A DNA stretch of 44,027 nt from Octopus sinensis (lineage: Eukaryota): positions 1 through 44,027 of the forward strand of contig NW_021834943.1 of the NCBI RefSeq assembly GCF_006345805.1, given 5' to 3'. The notes under the pieces are model-generated. The model was not told the origin of the DNA and ran no database searches. It worked only from the letters and a program-made list of their open reading frames with translations. Both the position numbers and the translations under genes were made by a program. Shown one piece after another: positions 11,906-24,344 of this stretch (its first letter is position 1; the number at the start of each line of letters is the position of its first letter).

Positions 11906-13149
11906 CTGATTTTCTGATTTTCAAACCTATTTATCTAATGTTTATTTATCGACAATGCCGTCCCCAGTCAAATTCCCTCACACCGCTTATTGTCACGTGT
12001 CCCTTGACCTCTCTCTCTAACTAACCGTATCTCTCTCTCGCTATGTCCCCCCTTCCCATAACCATCATCGCCATGGTCCTCTATGCCCCCCCTCCCCAAA
12101 ACCATCATCGCCATACATAAAAGAGCCAACGCATTTATCGTTAACCCCACTCGCTTCAAAATATCTAAAGAATACGCACAGATCATGAATGGCTAAAAGT
12201 AAGTGAATCGTCCAACCTCGCTACGACTACCTTCTTTCTTGCACTTATCCTTATTCTTTCTCTATTCTTCAATTTCCATCTCATTGTATTGTCACTCATT
12301 CTTTCAGTATTCCCTCATTACCCTGTCTAGCTCAAACATTTTTTTTTCGTTTAGACTTGTCTCCAGGTTCATAGCCACTCTGATTTTTCAATTTTTCAAT
12401 TTTTCAATTTTTCGTTTAGTATTGTCTCCCGATTCATACAAACCCATTTGCTAGCTCACGATTAACAGAACCTCTTTACTCAGCTACGGTGTTATATTAG
12501 CTATCAATAATGATATTCCCTCTGATTTTTCTGATTTTCAAACTATTTATCTAATGTTTATTTATCGACAATGCCGTCCCCAGTCAAATTCCCTCACACC
12601 GCTTATTGTCACGTGTCCCTTGACCTCTCTCTCTAACTAACCGTATCTCTCTCTCGCTATGTCCCCCCTTCCCATAACCATCATCGCCATGGTCCTCTAT
12701 GCCCCCCCCTCCCCAAAACCATCATCGCCATACATAAAAGAGCCAACGCATTTATCGTTAACCCCACTCGCTTCAAAATATCTAAAGAATACGCACAGAT
12801 CATGAATGGCTAAAAGTTAAGTGAATCGTCCAACCTCGCTACGACTACCTTCTTTCTTGCACCTATCCTTATTCTTTCTCTATTCTTCAATTTCCATCTC
12901 ATTGTATTGTCACTCATTCTTTCAGTATTCCCTCATTACCCTGTCTAGCTCAAACATTTTTTTTTCGTTTAGACTTGTCTCCAGGTTCATAGCCACTCTG
13001 ATTTTTCAATTTTTCAATTTTTCAATTTTCCAATTTTTCAATTTTTCAATTTTTCAATTTTTCAATTTTTCGTTTAGTATTGTCTCCCGATTCATACAAA
13101 CCCATTTGCTAGCTCACGATTAACAGAACCTCTTTACTCAGCTACGGTG
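11904..13149 (+). repeat. Two-copy tandem repeat of ~617 bp, pyrimidine-rich, with an internal (TTTTTCAA)n VNTR; abuts the RTE 5' end
   Basis: Duplicated ORFs at 12203 and 12821; near-identical units; about 3 versus 8 copies of the 8-mer. Confidence 0.9.
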
Positions 13150-16100
13150 CACCCGCCCTCCCACCCCCACCACGCATGCCGGAAGTTCCTATTCTCTTCC
13201 ATTCCGGGATTGCTTCCCATGAAGACTGCAAATGCTCTCACCATCCATACCCCTCCCTACCCCTAGTCTCGACCTATGTAAGGTAATGTTCATACAGTGC
13301 AAAATATGAAAGGCTAGCGTTTATGCAGGTTGTACTGAAGGCTACTTTACTACTTCATTTCTTGCACATGAATTCTGCTGCCAAATGCGAGCTTTCTTTT
13401 CAGGTACACGAAGCTACTGTCCACCGTCCCAGGGTCTCTAGAGCCCATGCCTTCCACCCCCAGGGTGGCACCCTCAACGTTGGCACTCTGAAAGGTAGGT
13501 CTGGTGAGATAGTCGAGATGCTTGAACGGAGATGTGTGGATTATTTTGCATGCAAGAAATAAGGTGGAGAGGAGGATCAGCTAGGTTCCTCACAGGCAAG
13601 GAACGCAGGTACAAGATTTTCTGGGCAGGGAACACTGACGGGGTTGGTGGCGTGGGTATACTTATCGCTGAGAAATGGGTAGATAAAGTAATTGAGGTAA
13701 TCAGAGTAAGTGACAGAATACTTAAGATTAGATTAGTGCTTCATCATAGTTTAGCAACCATTATATCAGCCTATGCTCCTCAGTCGGGGCTACCCGATGG
13801 ACAGAAAGACCGATTCTATGACACTCTACTGCAGACTACCTCATTGACGAACGACAGAGACCTTATCTTGTGGCTGGTGACTTCAATGGTCACGTTGGAC
13901 GACATGCTGGGGGCTTCCATGGCGTACATGGAGGCTATGGCTATGGCTCCCGCAACGAGGAGGGAACCAGGCTGCTGGAGTTCTGCGATGCAAATAATCT
14001 TATGATTTGCAACACTAACTTCAGGAAACCTACCAGCCACCTAGTCACTTACCAATCGGGCCAACATACCAGCCAAATTGACTACATCCTTACAAGGCAA
14101 AGGGAGAGATGGCTGCTTATAAATGCCAAAACCTTCCCAGGTGAAGAATGTACCCCACAACATAGACTGGTAGTTAGTGACTTTAGGATCAGGACTAGGA
14201 GGACAACCAGAAGACGACAAATATGGAGAAGAAGGATCTGGAAGCTTAAAGATCCTGCAAATGGACAGAGATTTAGGGACATATTACTTGAAGCCTCTGA
14301 CGAGTAGAAGGGGATAGAGCATCACAGGGGGTAGAAGACAGCTGGACGTTTCTAAGGGACAACCTGCTGAGAGCCACTGACCAGATCTGTGGCTGGTGCA
14401 AAGTCCCCTCTCGACCTAGAATAACGTGGTGGTGGAACAATATTGTAGACAGGGCTATTAGAGAAAAGAGACAGGCTTGGAAGGTCTGGAAAATGGGGGT
14501 AGCAGGGAATTGTATCAGACTGCCAAAGAGAAGCTAGGAGACAGGTTTATTTAGCCAGAGGGGAAGCAGATAAGAAAAAATTTGCCAATGTTCTGCGCGC
14601 GTGCGACCAAAGACTGGAGGTGTTTCATGTTGCAAGACAGTGTTTGAGAGAGAATCGTGATGTGGTAGGAGAGAAGTGTGTTCGCATGGAAGATGGTTCA
14701 CTTGCGCTAAATGAGGATGCGAAGAGAGAGGTTTGGAGATGCCACTATGAAAGGTTGCTGAATGAAGAAAATGAATGGGATAAAAGAGTCTGCCGAATGT
14801 TGACCCAACAGAGGGACCAGCTATCCGAGTTGATAGTTCTGTGGTAGCTAAGGCAATTAGAAGCATGAAGACAGGGAAAGCCCCAGGCCCATCAGGAATC
14901 ACTGCAGAGATGCTCAAAATGTCTGGTAGTGTCGGCTATAGCCTAGTCACCCATATAGTTAATCAGGTGATACACAAAGGGGTCATACCCAATGACTGGT
15001 GTAGCAGTATAATAGTCAACTGCTACAAAGGCAAAGGTGATGCCCTAGATACAAATAACTACAGAGGTATCAAGCTGTTGGACCAGGTGATGAAGGTTAC
15101 GGAGAGGGTCATAGCCCAACTAATTAGAGAGAGAGTTAGTTTAGATGAGATGCAGTTTGGGTTTGTGCCAGGGAAAAGTACTACTGATGCTATATTCCTG
15201 GTAAGGCAGCTGCAGGAGAAATACCTAGCCAAAGATAAGCCCCTGTACCTGGCTTTTGTTGACATGGAGAAAGCCTTCGACAGGGTCCCCCGATCCCTTA
15301 TCTGGTGGGCAATGAGAAACTAGGGATAGATGAATGGTTAGTGAGAGCTGTGCGGGCCATGTATAGGGACGCCGCTAGTAGTAGTGAGGGTTGGAAATGA
15401 GTACAGTGAAGAATTCCGGGTAGAGGTAGGGGTCCACCAAGGCTCAGTACTCAGCCCCCTCCTATTTATCATAGTCCTCCAGGCAATAACGGAGGAATTC
15501 AAGACAGGATGCCCTTGGGAGCTCCTCTATGCTGATGACCTTGCTCTAATTGCTGAGTCGCTATCAGAACTGGAGGAGAAGTTTCAGGTGTGGAAACAAG
15601 GATTAGAATCGAAGGGCCTCAGAGTCAATCTAGCTAAAACCAAAGTCGTAATCAGTAGGAAGGTAGACAAATCACAACACCTTCAGGTAGATGGCCCTGC
15701 TCGATCTGTAGAAAAGGTGTAGGTAGAAACTCTATAAGATGCACCAAGTGTAAGCTATGGACACATAAGAGATGCAGCAATGTCAAAGGAAGGCTAACTA
15801 GGAAGATGGTTTTTGTATGTGGCAGATGCTCAGGAACAATAAACACTGAAAATGCTCTGAGACCAACTTCCGTCACTTTCCAGGGAGAAAAACTAGAAAT
15901 AGTTGATAGTTTCCGTTACCTAGGTGACCAAGTCAGCAGCGGGGGTGGGTGCTGAAAGTGTAACTGCTAGAGTAAGAATAGCTTGGGCAAAGTTCAGAGA
16001 GCTCTTACCTCTGCTGGTGACAAAAGGCGTCTCGCACAGAGTGAAAGGCAGACTGTATGATGCGTGTGTACGAACAGCCATGCTACATGGCAGTGAAACA

Positions 16101-17096
16101 TGGGCCGTGACTGCTGAGGATATGCGTAAGCTCGCTAGAAATGAAGCCAGTATGCTCCGATGGATGTGTAATGCCGGTACTCACACTCGGCAGAGTGTAA
16201 GTACCTTGAGAGAAAAGCTGGACCTAAGAAGCATCAGTTGTGGTGTGCAAGAGAGACGTTTGCGCTGGTATGGTCATGTGGCGAGAATGGATGAAGATAG
16301 TTGTGTGAAAAAGTGCCACACCCTAGCGGTTGAGGGAACCTGTGGAAGAGGCAGACCCAGGAAAACCTGGGACGAGGTAGTGAAGCACGACCTTCGAACT
16401 TTAGGTCTCACTGAGGAAATGACTAGAGACCGAGACCTCTGGAAGCGTGCTGTGCGCGAGAAGACCCGGCAGGACAAGTGAGTCCACAACCCGTGGCCTT
16501 CTACATGGGATGGAGCCAGCCTACGTATGCATACCTTCCCTTCTTGGGACACAAAACTCTACTTGTGAAGACGTGTTGAGGCAAGTGAGGATCAGAATCG
16601 AAATCGATCAATGGAAATTGCGGATGTGCTACCAGTGCCGGTGGCATGTCGAAACTCTGCTTGTGAAGACCCATTGAGGCAAGTGAGGATCAGAATCGAA
16701 ATCGATCAATGGAAATCGATCAATGGAAATTGCAGATGTGTTACCAGTGCCGGTGGCATGTAAGAGAACTTTCCGTTTCGCGACCGTTGCCAGCACCGCC
16801 CCGTTTCGTGTCCGTTGCCAGCCTCGCCTGGCCCTCGTGCCGGTGGCACATAAAAAGCACCATCCGTTCGTGGCCGTTTGCCAGCTCTGTCTGGCACCAG
16901 TGCGGGTGGCATGTAAAAAGCACCCACTACACTCACGGAGTGGTTGGCGTTAGGAAGGGCATCCAGCCGTAGAAACACTGCCAGATTTGACTGGGCCTGA
17001 TGAAGCCTTCTGGCTTCACAGACCCCAGTAGAACTGTCCAACCCATGCTAGCATGGAAAATGGACGCTAAACGATGATGATGATGATGATGATGAT
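13150..17096 (+). mobile_element. Near full-length RTE-clade LINE (APE endonuclease plus RT), frameshifted, with (GAT)n tail
   Basis: GTLNVGTLKG, MQEIRW, SAYAPQ, AGDFNGHVG, SQIDYIL (APE); NYRGIKLL, QFGFVPGKST, FVDMEKAFDRV, GVHQGSVLSP, LLYADDL (RT). 3' UTR then (GAT)n at 17073-17096. Confidence 0.95.
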
Positions 17097-17097
17097 A

Positions 17098-20000
17098 TCC
17101 TTAAAGATGTTGAAGCCCGAAGGATGCGGCCATGCTGGGGCACCACCGCTGAATGAGCTACACTAATACGTGAATCCACCTCTCATACATGGCACTTGGT
17201 CAACAAGGGAGTTCAATGCCACTGCCTGCATCTGTGTCTCCAGTCATGAGGTAGGTTCATCTGGGGCCCCGACAAGAGGAGATCCAGTTTAGTTTTAAAG
17301 AAACCCACATCCACACCATGCAAGTCTCTCAGGCTTTTAAGGAGGATGTTGAAGAGCTGTTTCCTCTGAAACCCAAGCTGTTGCAGTATCTGGTCCTGTA
17401 TTTTGATGGTGATGTTGGAATCTTTGGCACCATGCAGTGGCACCCCATTCTGTGGTTGGGGTAACTTTGAATGCTAAAGTTTGGGAGAAGACCCTCCAGG
17501 ATTTTCCAGATGTATATCACCACATATCTCTCCCGCCTTCGCTCTAGGGAGAAGAGTTTTAATACTTTCAGTCTTTCCCAGTAGCTCATATTTTGCATTG
17601 AGACGATCTTCTTTGTGTAGCTTCTTTGAATTGCTTCGTGTTCTGCTGTTAGTTTTATATTGTGTGGTGACCATAGTTGGGAGCAGTAGTCCAAGCGGCT
17701 GAGGACGAATGTTTTCCAGAGGACCATCAGTGTCTCCTTCTCTCTTGTTCTGAAAGTTCGGAGAATCCATCCAGCTAGCTGTCTACATTTTATCACCAGA
17801 TTAGTAATATGCACTTGGAAAGATGCATCATTGCTCATGTCAATGACCAGGTCACGCACTGATTTTGACTAAGGGATTGCAATTCTTCCCAGGCCAGTGT
17901 ATCCAGTGTGCATGTCGTTTACCTTTGTGTGTCAGTAGCGCAGGGCCTGGAACTTACCTGCATTAAACTGCATGTTGTTGTCCTCAGCCCACCTGTATAT
18001 TGTATCCAACTCCTGTTGCAAATGTGCAATATTTCCAGGGTTTTGTATTGTGTGGGAGACTTTTGTGCCATCTGCATAGCTAGCAAGGGTGGCCATCTTA
18101 GCAACTGAGGGAATGTCTGAAAGGACTACGATGACCAGCAGTGGCCCCAAGACAGTGCCCTGTGGAACACCGCTTGTTATTTGTGTTTCCTTGGAGGTGG
18201 CTCCATTGGTCACAACTGCCTGCCTTCTGTCTTTTAGAAAGTTGTGCAGCCACTCTTCAAGTTTTCCGCCTATGCCGAGACCATTTAGTAGCTGTTTTAA
18301 CACCCAGTCATAGAGTTGCAGGAGCTGTGTTAGGCAGCTTCTACCTGGTTGAAATCCATGCTGGGTGTCAGTCAGCAAGTCATTTTCTTCAAGGAACATG
18401 ATTAGTTTTTTGCGGACTATTCGCTCCATGACTTTGCTGATGTGTGACGTCAGAGAGATAGCCCTATAATTTTTAGCATCTGCTCTGCTTCCTCCCTTAT
18501 GGATAGGACATATTACCCCCTCTTTCAATTTGACTGGGAGCTTACCAGTTCCAAGAAAGCTCTGAAAAAGAAGCTGTAGCGGTTTTGCAAGGGCTCGTTT
18601 GCACGATTTGAGAAGGATTGCTGGAAATCCATCAGCTCCAGCAGCTGAGTTTGTGTCAATCTCATCTATGGCCAGTGTGATATCATCATCTTCAATGTTG
18701 ACGTACTCAACTTTTGCCTCTTTGGCCACAGGTAAAGTGGCAAAGAATTCTTCTGGGTTGTTTACTTGCCTGTATCCTAGAGGTGTAGTGAACACACTTT
18801 GGAACTGTTCGTTCAGTATTTCACTTATCCTCGTGGGATTTCCTGTGAGGGAGCCATCTTTTTGGAAGAGAGGTCCTATTCTCTGGTACACAGTGGCTGT
18901 CTCTTTAGCAAAGAAAGCTTTAGGGTTTGATTTTATATTTTCTATTACCCAAGCTTCTTTATCTGCTCTCTCCTTTTCATGAGACTGATGCAGACTTTTC
19001 TCAATTTCGATTAGCATTCCCTCAAGCCGAGACTTCTCACCACTTTTGGTGTGCTTGCTTAGGCAGTTCGCAATCCTTGTCCGTTGTCTCATGAGAATCC
19101 TCCTTTCTCTAGGGATCCTGTTTTTGTTTATGTGTGTGCTGGCCCTGCACACTGGGACATATTTGTCACATATGGCTTGTATTATGGACATGAAGCATTT
19201 GTGTTTCATGTCAATGTCAGGTGTGGAGAGACATTTAGGCCAATCCTGTTTGAGGATCTCTTTCTCAATCAACTTCCAGTTGGCTTTATGAAACTTTAAG
19301 TTGGAGAGATTGTGGATGCTTCATATAGGCTGTGTGTCTGTAGAGGCTTTTGGTCCATACATAGACAGCTCTATTATGTTGTGATCCGAGATCATTGTCG
19401 GCATCACTTTAACATTATGGATAATATCCATATTGTTTGTGAAGCAGAGTTCCAGTATATTGTCTGCCCTTGTTGGTTGCAGCACCATTTGCTCCATGAA
19501 AGAGGCATTTGTGAGATGGAGCAGGGACTCTGCCTGTGCCTGCTGATGGTGTGTCATCCCTGGGAGCATCTGCCCCCCAGGCCATTCCACATTGGGGAAG
19601 TTAAAGTCACCCATGAAGAATACACTGCTGTGTTGTTCCAAGTTGGTGAGAACTTCTATTTTTGTTAGGTAGTCTTCAAACATGCCTGTGTGATTTGGGG
19701 CATCCGGTGGGTGATATGTAGTACATATGACGATATTCAGTTGTCTTATGTGTACAATTTGAGTGTCACACACTGAGTTTGAATATGACAACAGGACCTG
19801 GGGTGTGAGGTCATCTCAGATGTACATTGCAACTCTACCATGGCTCCTCCCTTTTCTATGTGAGCGTATGACAGCATATTGCGGTATGTGTATTTCTGCA
19901 TCCCCTATATCGGATCCAAGATGCATTTCTATGAGTGCCATGCATACAGCTTGATTGCATGCTGCAAGGTCTCTCAGGAATGAGATTTTCCTTTTACAGT

Positions 20001-20185
20001 TGCCGCGAAGCAGCCCTCCTACATTCAGTAGAAATATTTTTGTGGTGTGTGTGTTGGTGCCTGTGGTGGCCTTATGTGGTGGTAGTTCCAGCTTTGTGTT
20101 TGTAGCCAGGTCAGCTGCTGAACAATTTTTTGTGCCATGCACAAAAAAGATTCCTGTTCAGCTGCTGCCCTTCTCACATCTGGGT
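17098..20185 (-). mobile_element. CR1/L2-group LINE, copy 3, carrying APE and RT with lesions (dead)
   Basis: APE N-terminus LLNVGGL..EMHL..DAEI (19816-20142) and MGDFNFP..SDH (19321-19791). RT 17932-19272 has YADG and an in-frame 84-bp deletion. Same TAAGGA 3' end as copy 1. Confidence 0.93.
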
Positions 20186-20208
20186 ATATATATATATATA
20201 TATATATA

Positions 20209-20697
20209 GACCTGAGATGAAGTGGTGAAGCCCGACCTTCAAACACTACGCCTCACCAAGGAAATGACTAGCGACTGAGACTTTTGAAAATATATTGTGC
20301 TCGAGAAGACCCGGCAAGCCAAATGTGACCATAACCTCTGGCTTATGCCAGGAGTGTAAGCAGCCCGCTTATGCGTACTTTTGCCTTCTTTGGTCAGTAA
20401 ACTCTGCTTGCGAAGACCTGCTGAGGCAAGTGAAATCAAAATCAATTCGATGACTGGCATCTATGCTAGCGGGGTGCAAAGGGCACCATACGAGTGTGAT
20501 CATTGACAGAGCGGCTATTCGAGTATGATCGTTACCAGCGTCACCTTCCTGGCACTTATGCCTGTGCTAGTAGGGTGCCAAGAGCACCATCCAAGCGTGA
20601 TCGTTGCCAGAGCAGCCAACTGGCTTCCGTACCCATTGCACATAAAAGGGCACGATTCGAGTGTGCTCGTTACCAACGTTGCTTCACTGGCACCTGT
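20209..20697 (+). mobile_element. RTE 3' fragment with a variant 3' UTR (CGAGTGTGATCGTT..CCAG repeats)
   Basis: Similar to 16365-16600 of the large RTE. Confidence 0.75.
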
Positions 20698-21420
20698 GAT
20701 AGGGTGTGGCACTTTTTCACACAACTATCTTCATCCATTCTCGCCACATGACCATACCAGCGCAAATGTCTCTCTTGCACACCACAACTGATGCTTCTTA
20801 GGTCCAACTTTTCTCTCAAGGGAGAATGGATGAAGATAATTGCGAGAATGGATGAAGATAGTTGTGTGAAAAAGTGCCACACCCTATCGGTTGAGGGAAC
20901 CTGTGGAAGAGGTGGTGAAGCACGACCTTCGAACATTAGGTCTCATCGAGGAAATGACCAGAGACCGAGACCTTTGGAAGTTTGCTGTGCGTGGGAAGAC
21001 CCGGCAGAACAAGTGAGACCATAACCCGTGGCCTCTACCTGGGACGTAGCCAGCCCACTTATGCATACCTTTCCTTCTTGTGACACAAACCCTACTTGTG
21101 AAGACCTGTTGAGGCAAGTGAAAATGAAAATCGAAATCGATCAACATCAATGGAAAATGCAGCTGTGATACCAGTGCCGGTGGCATGTAAGAGAACCATC
21201 TGAACGTGGCCGTTGCCATCCTCATCTGGCACCTGTGCAGGTGGCACGTAAAATGCACCCACTACACTCACGGAGTGGTTGGCGTTAGGAAGGGCATCCA
21301 GCCGTAGAAACACTGCCAGATCAGACTGGGCCTGGTGCAGCCTTCTGGCTTCCCAGACCCCAGTTGAACCGTCCAACCCATGCTAGCATGGAAAACGGAC
21401 GTTAAACGATGATGATGATG
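20698..21420 (+). mobile_element. RTE 3' fragment with an inverted 5' segment (20698-20820) and (GAT)n tail
   Basis: 20698-20820 is the reverse complement of RTE sequence equivalent to ~16207-16326; 20843-21420 is forward RTE 3' end. Confidence 0.85.
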
Positions 21421-21463
21421 AAAATGAATATATATATATATGTGTGTGTGTATATATATATAT

Positions 21464-23880
21464 ATCATCATCATCATCATTGTTTAACATCCGCTTCCCA
21501 TGTTAGCATGGGTTGGACGATTTTGACTGACGGCTGGTGAACCAGATGCCTGCACCAGGCACCATACATGTCGAGTATGAACACTGACATTACACATCCA
21601 TCGGAGCATACTGGCTTCATTTCTTGTGAGCTTACACATATCCTCAGCAATCACAGCCCATGTTTCAGTGCCATGTAGCATGGCTGTTCGTACACATGCG
21701 TCATACAGTCTGCCTTTTATTCTGAGCGAGAGGCCTTTTGTCACCAGCAGAGGTAAGAGCTCTCTGAACATTGCCCAGGCTATTCTTACTCTAGCAGTTA
21801 TACTTTCAGCACACCCGCCCCCACTACTGACTTGGTCACCTAGGTAACGGGAGCTATCAACTACTTCTAATTTTTCTCCCTGGAATGTGGCGGAAGTTGT
21901 GCTCAGTGTTTGTTGCTCCTGAGCATCTGCCACATACAAAAACAATCTTCCTAGTTAGCCTTCCTTTGACATTGCTGCACCTCTTATGTGTCCATAGCTT
22001 ACACTTGGTGCATCTTATAGAGTTTCTACCTACGCCTTTTCTACACATCAAGCAGGGCGTTTTTGATTTGCCTGCCTGCCTACATATTAGGACTTTGGTT
22101 TTAGCTAGGTTGATTCTAAGGCCCTTCGATTCTAATCCTTGTCTCCACACTTGAAACTTTGCCTCTAGTTCTGATAGTGAGTCAGCAATTAGAGCAAGGT
22201 CATCAGCATAGAGGAGCTCCCAAGGGCATCCTGTCTTGAATTCCTCAGTCATTGCCTGGAAGGCTATGATAAATAGGAGGGGTTTGAGGACTGAACCTTG
22301 GTGTACCCCTACCTCTACCCTGAATTCTTTAGTGTACTCGTTGCCAACCCTCACCTTACTTACAGCGTCTCTGTACATGGCTTGCACAGCTCTCACTAAC
22401 CATTCATCTATCCCTAGTTTCCTCATTGACCACCAGATAAGGGATCAGGGGACCCTGTCAAAGGCTTTCTCCATGTCAACGAAAGCCAGGTACAGGGGCT
22501 TATCTTTGGCTAGGTATTTCTCTTGCAGCTGTCTCACCAGAAATATGGCATCAGTGATGCTTTTCCCTGCACGAAACCAAACTGCATCTCATCCAAGTTG
22601 ACTCTCTCCCTAATCAGTTCGGCTATGACCCTCTCTCTAACCTTCATTACCTGATCCAATAGCTTGATACCTCTGTAATTATTTTATCTAAAGCGTCACC
22701 TTTACCTTTGTAGCAGTTGACTAGTATGCTGCTACACCAGTCATTGGGTATGACTCCTTCGCGTATCACCCGGTTAACTATACGGGTGACTAGGCTATAG
22801 CCGACACTACCAGATATTTTAAGCATCTCTGCAGTAATTCCTGATGGGCCTGGGGCTTTCCCTGTCTTCATGCTTCTAATTGCCTTAACTACTAAGGAAC
22901 TGTCAACTTGGATAGCTGGTCCCTCTATTGGGTCGACATTCGGCAGACTCTCTTTATCCCATTAATTTTCCTTATTTAGCAGCCTCTCATAATGGTGTCC
23001 CCATACCTCTCTCTTTGTATCCTCATTCAGCGCAAGTGAGCCATCATCCATGCGAACACATTTCTCTCCAACCACGTCACGATTCTCTCTCACACACTGT
23101 CTTGCAACACGGAATACCTCAAGTCTTTGGTCCGCACGGCGCAGAACATTGGCAAATTTTTTCTTATCTGCTTCCCCCCTGGCTAAATAAACCTGTCTCT
23201 TAGCTTCTCTTTTGGTAGTCTGATACAATTTCCTGCTACCACCATTTTTCCAGTCCTTCCAAGCCTGTCTCTTTTCTCTAATAGCCCTGTCACCACCATG
23301 TTATTTTGGGTCTTGAGGGGACTTTGCACCAGCCACAGATCTGGTCAGTGGCTCTCAGCAGGTTGTCCCTTAGAGACATCCAGTTGTCTTCTACCCCATG
23401 TGAAGCTATATCCCCTTCTACTTCGTCAACAGCTTCAAGTAATATGTCCCTAAGTCTCTGTCCATTCGCAGGATCTTTAAGCTTCCAGACCCTTCTTCTC
23501 CATGCTGGCCGTCCTCTTAGTCCTGATCCTAAAGTCACTAACTACCAGTCTATGTTGTGAGGTACATTCTTCGCCTGGGAAGGTTTTGGCATTTATAAGC
23601 AGCCATCTTTCCCTTTTCCTGGCAAGGATGTAGTCAATTTGGCTGGTATGTCGGCTCAATCGGTAAGTGACTAGGTGGCTGGTAGGTTTCATGAAGTTAG
23701 TGTTGCAAACCATCAGATCATTTGCATCGCAGAACTCCAGCAGCCTAGTTCCCTCCTCGTTGCGGGAACCATAACCATAGCCTCCATGTACACCATGGAA
23801 GCCCCCAGCATGTCGTCCAACGTGACCATTGAAGTCACCAGCCACAAAGGTCTCTGTCGTTCGTCAATGAGGTAGTCTGC
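21464..23880 (-). mobile_element. RTE LINE, 5'-truncated, with an internal 3' deletion and (GAT)n tail
   Basis: ORF pieces 23477-23845 (AGDFNGHVG), 22647-22871, 21857-22426 (LLYADDL) and 21484-21945. (CAT)n at 21464-21480 on +. Confidence 0.93.
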
Positions 23881-23893
23881 ATATATATATATA

Positions 23894-24340
23894 TCTCTTA
23901 TTATAAAAGGCAGATTTTATCTGCCTCCCTTTGGGAGCTATACAAATCTACAATATAGGATTTCTTCAATTACAATTTACCTAGCAGTTTTAAGAGTACA
24001 ATGCATCGCGTCATGCCAGGTCCAGTTTTTAAAATTTAAACTCCAATTAAGCAAAATTTACAGAAAACTCACATTCTGGTGTGTGTGTCAAATGCTTTTC
24101 TTAGTCTGGTTTACACCACACGCAAACGCACACACACAGTGGGCAACGAATAAAATGAAAGTAAATGTAATATTTGTTTCTGTCTATCACGCTGATAGAT
24201 ACATGAGTAAAATGTATGGGAAGCTAACAGATAACAGTGAGTGAAAATGTTCTTGGAAGAGAGTAAATTAGCGACAGTGATTTGAGGAAGACTAAACTGA
24301 AACTATGAAACAGTGTTTATGTATAAACAGACGACACTTA
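23894..24340 (+). mobile_element. Possible non-autonomous Helitron 5' portion
   Basis: Starts A|TCTCTTATTATAAAAGG after (AT)n, like a Helitron 5' TC end; no 3' end recognised. Confidence 0.3.
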
Positions 24341-24344
24341 TATA

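Noticed and set aside
11948-12010. GACAATG/TATTGTC pairing as P1 of an HDV-like ribozyme upstream of the RTE
   Set aside because: No P1.1 GG, P3/L3 or P2 pseudoknot could be placed by eye.
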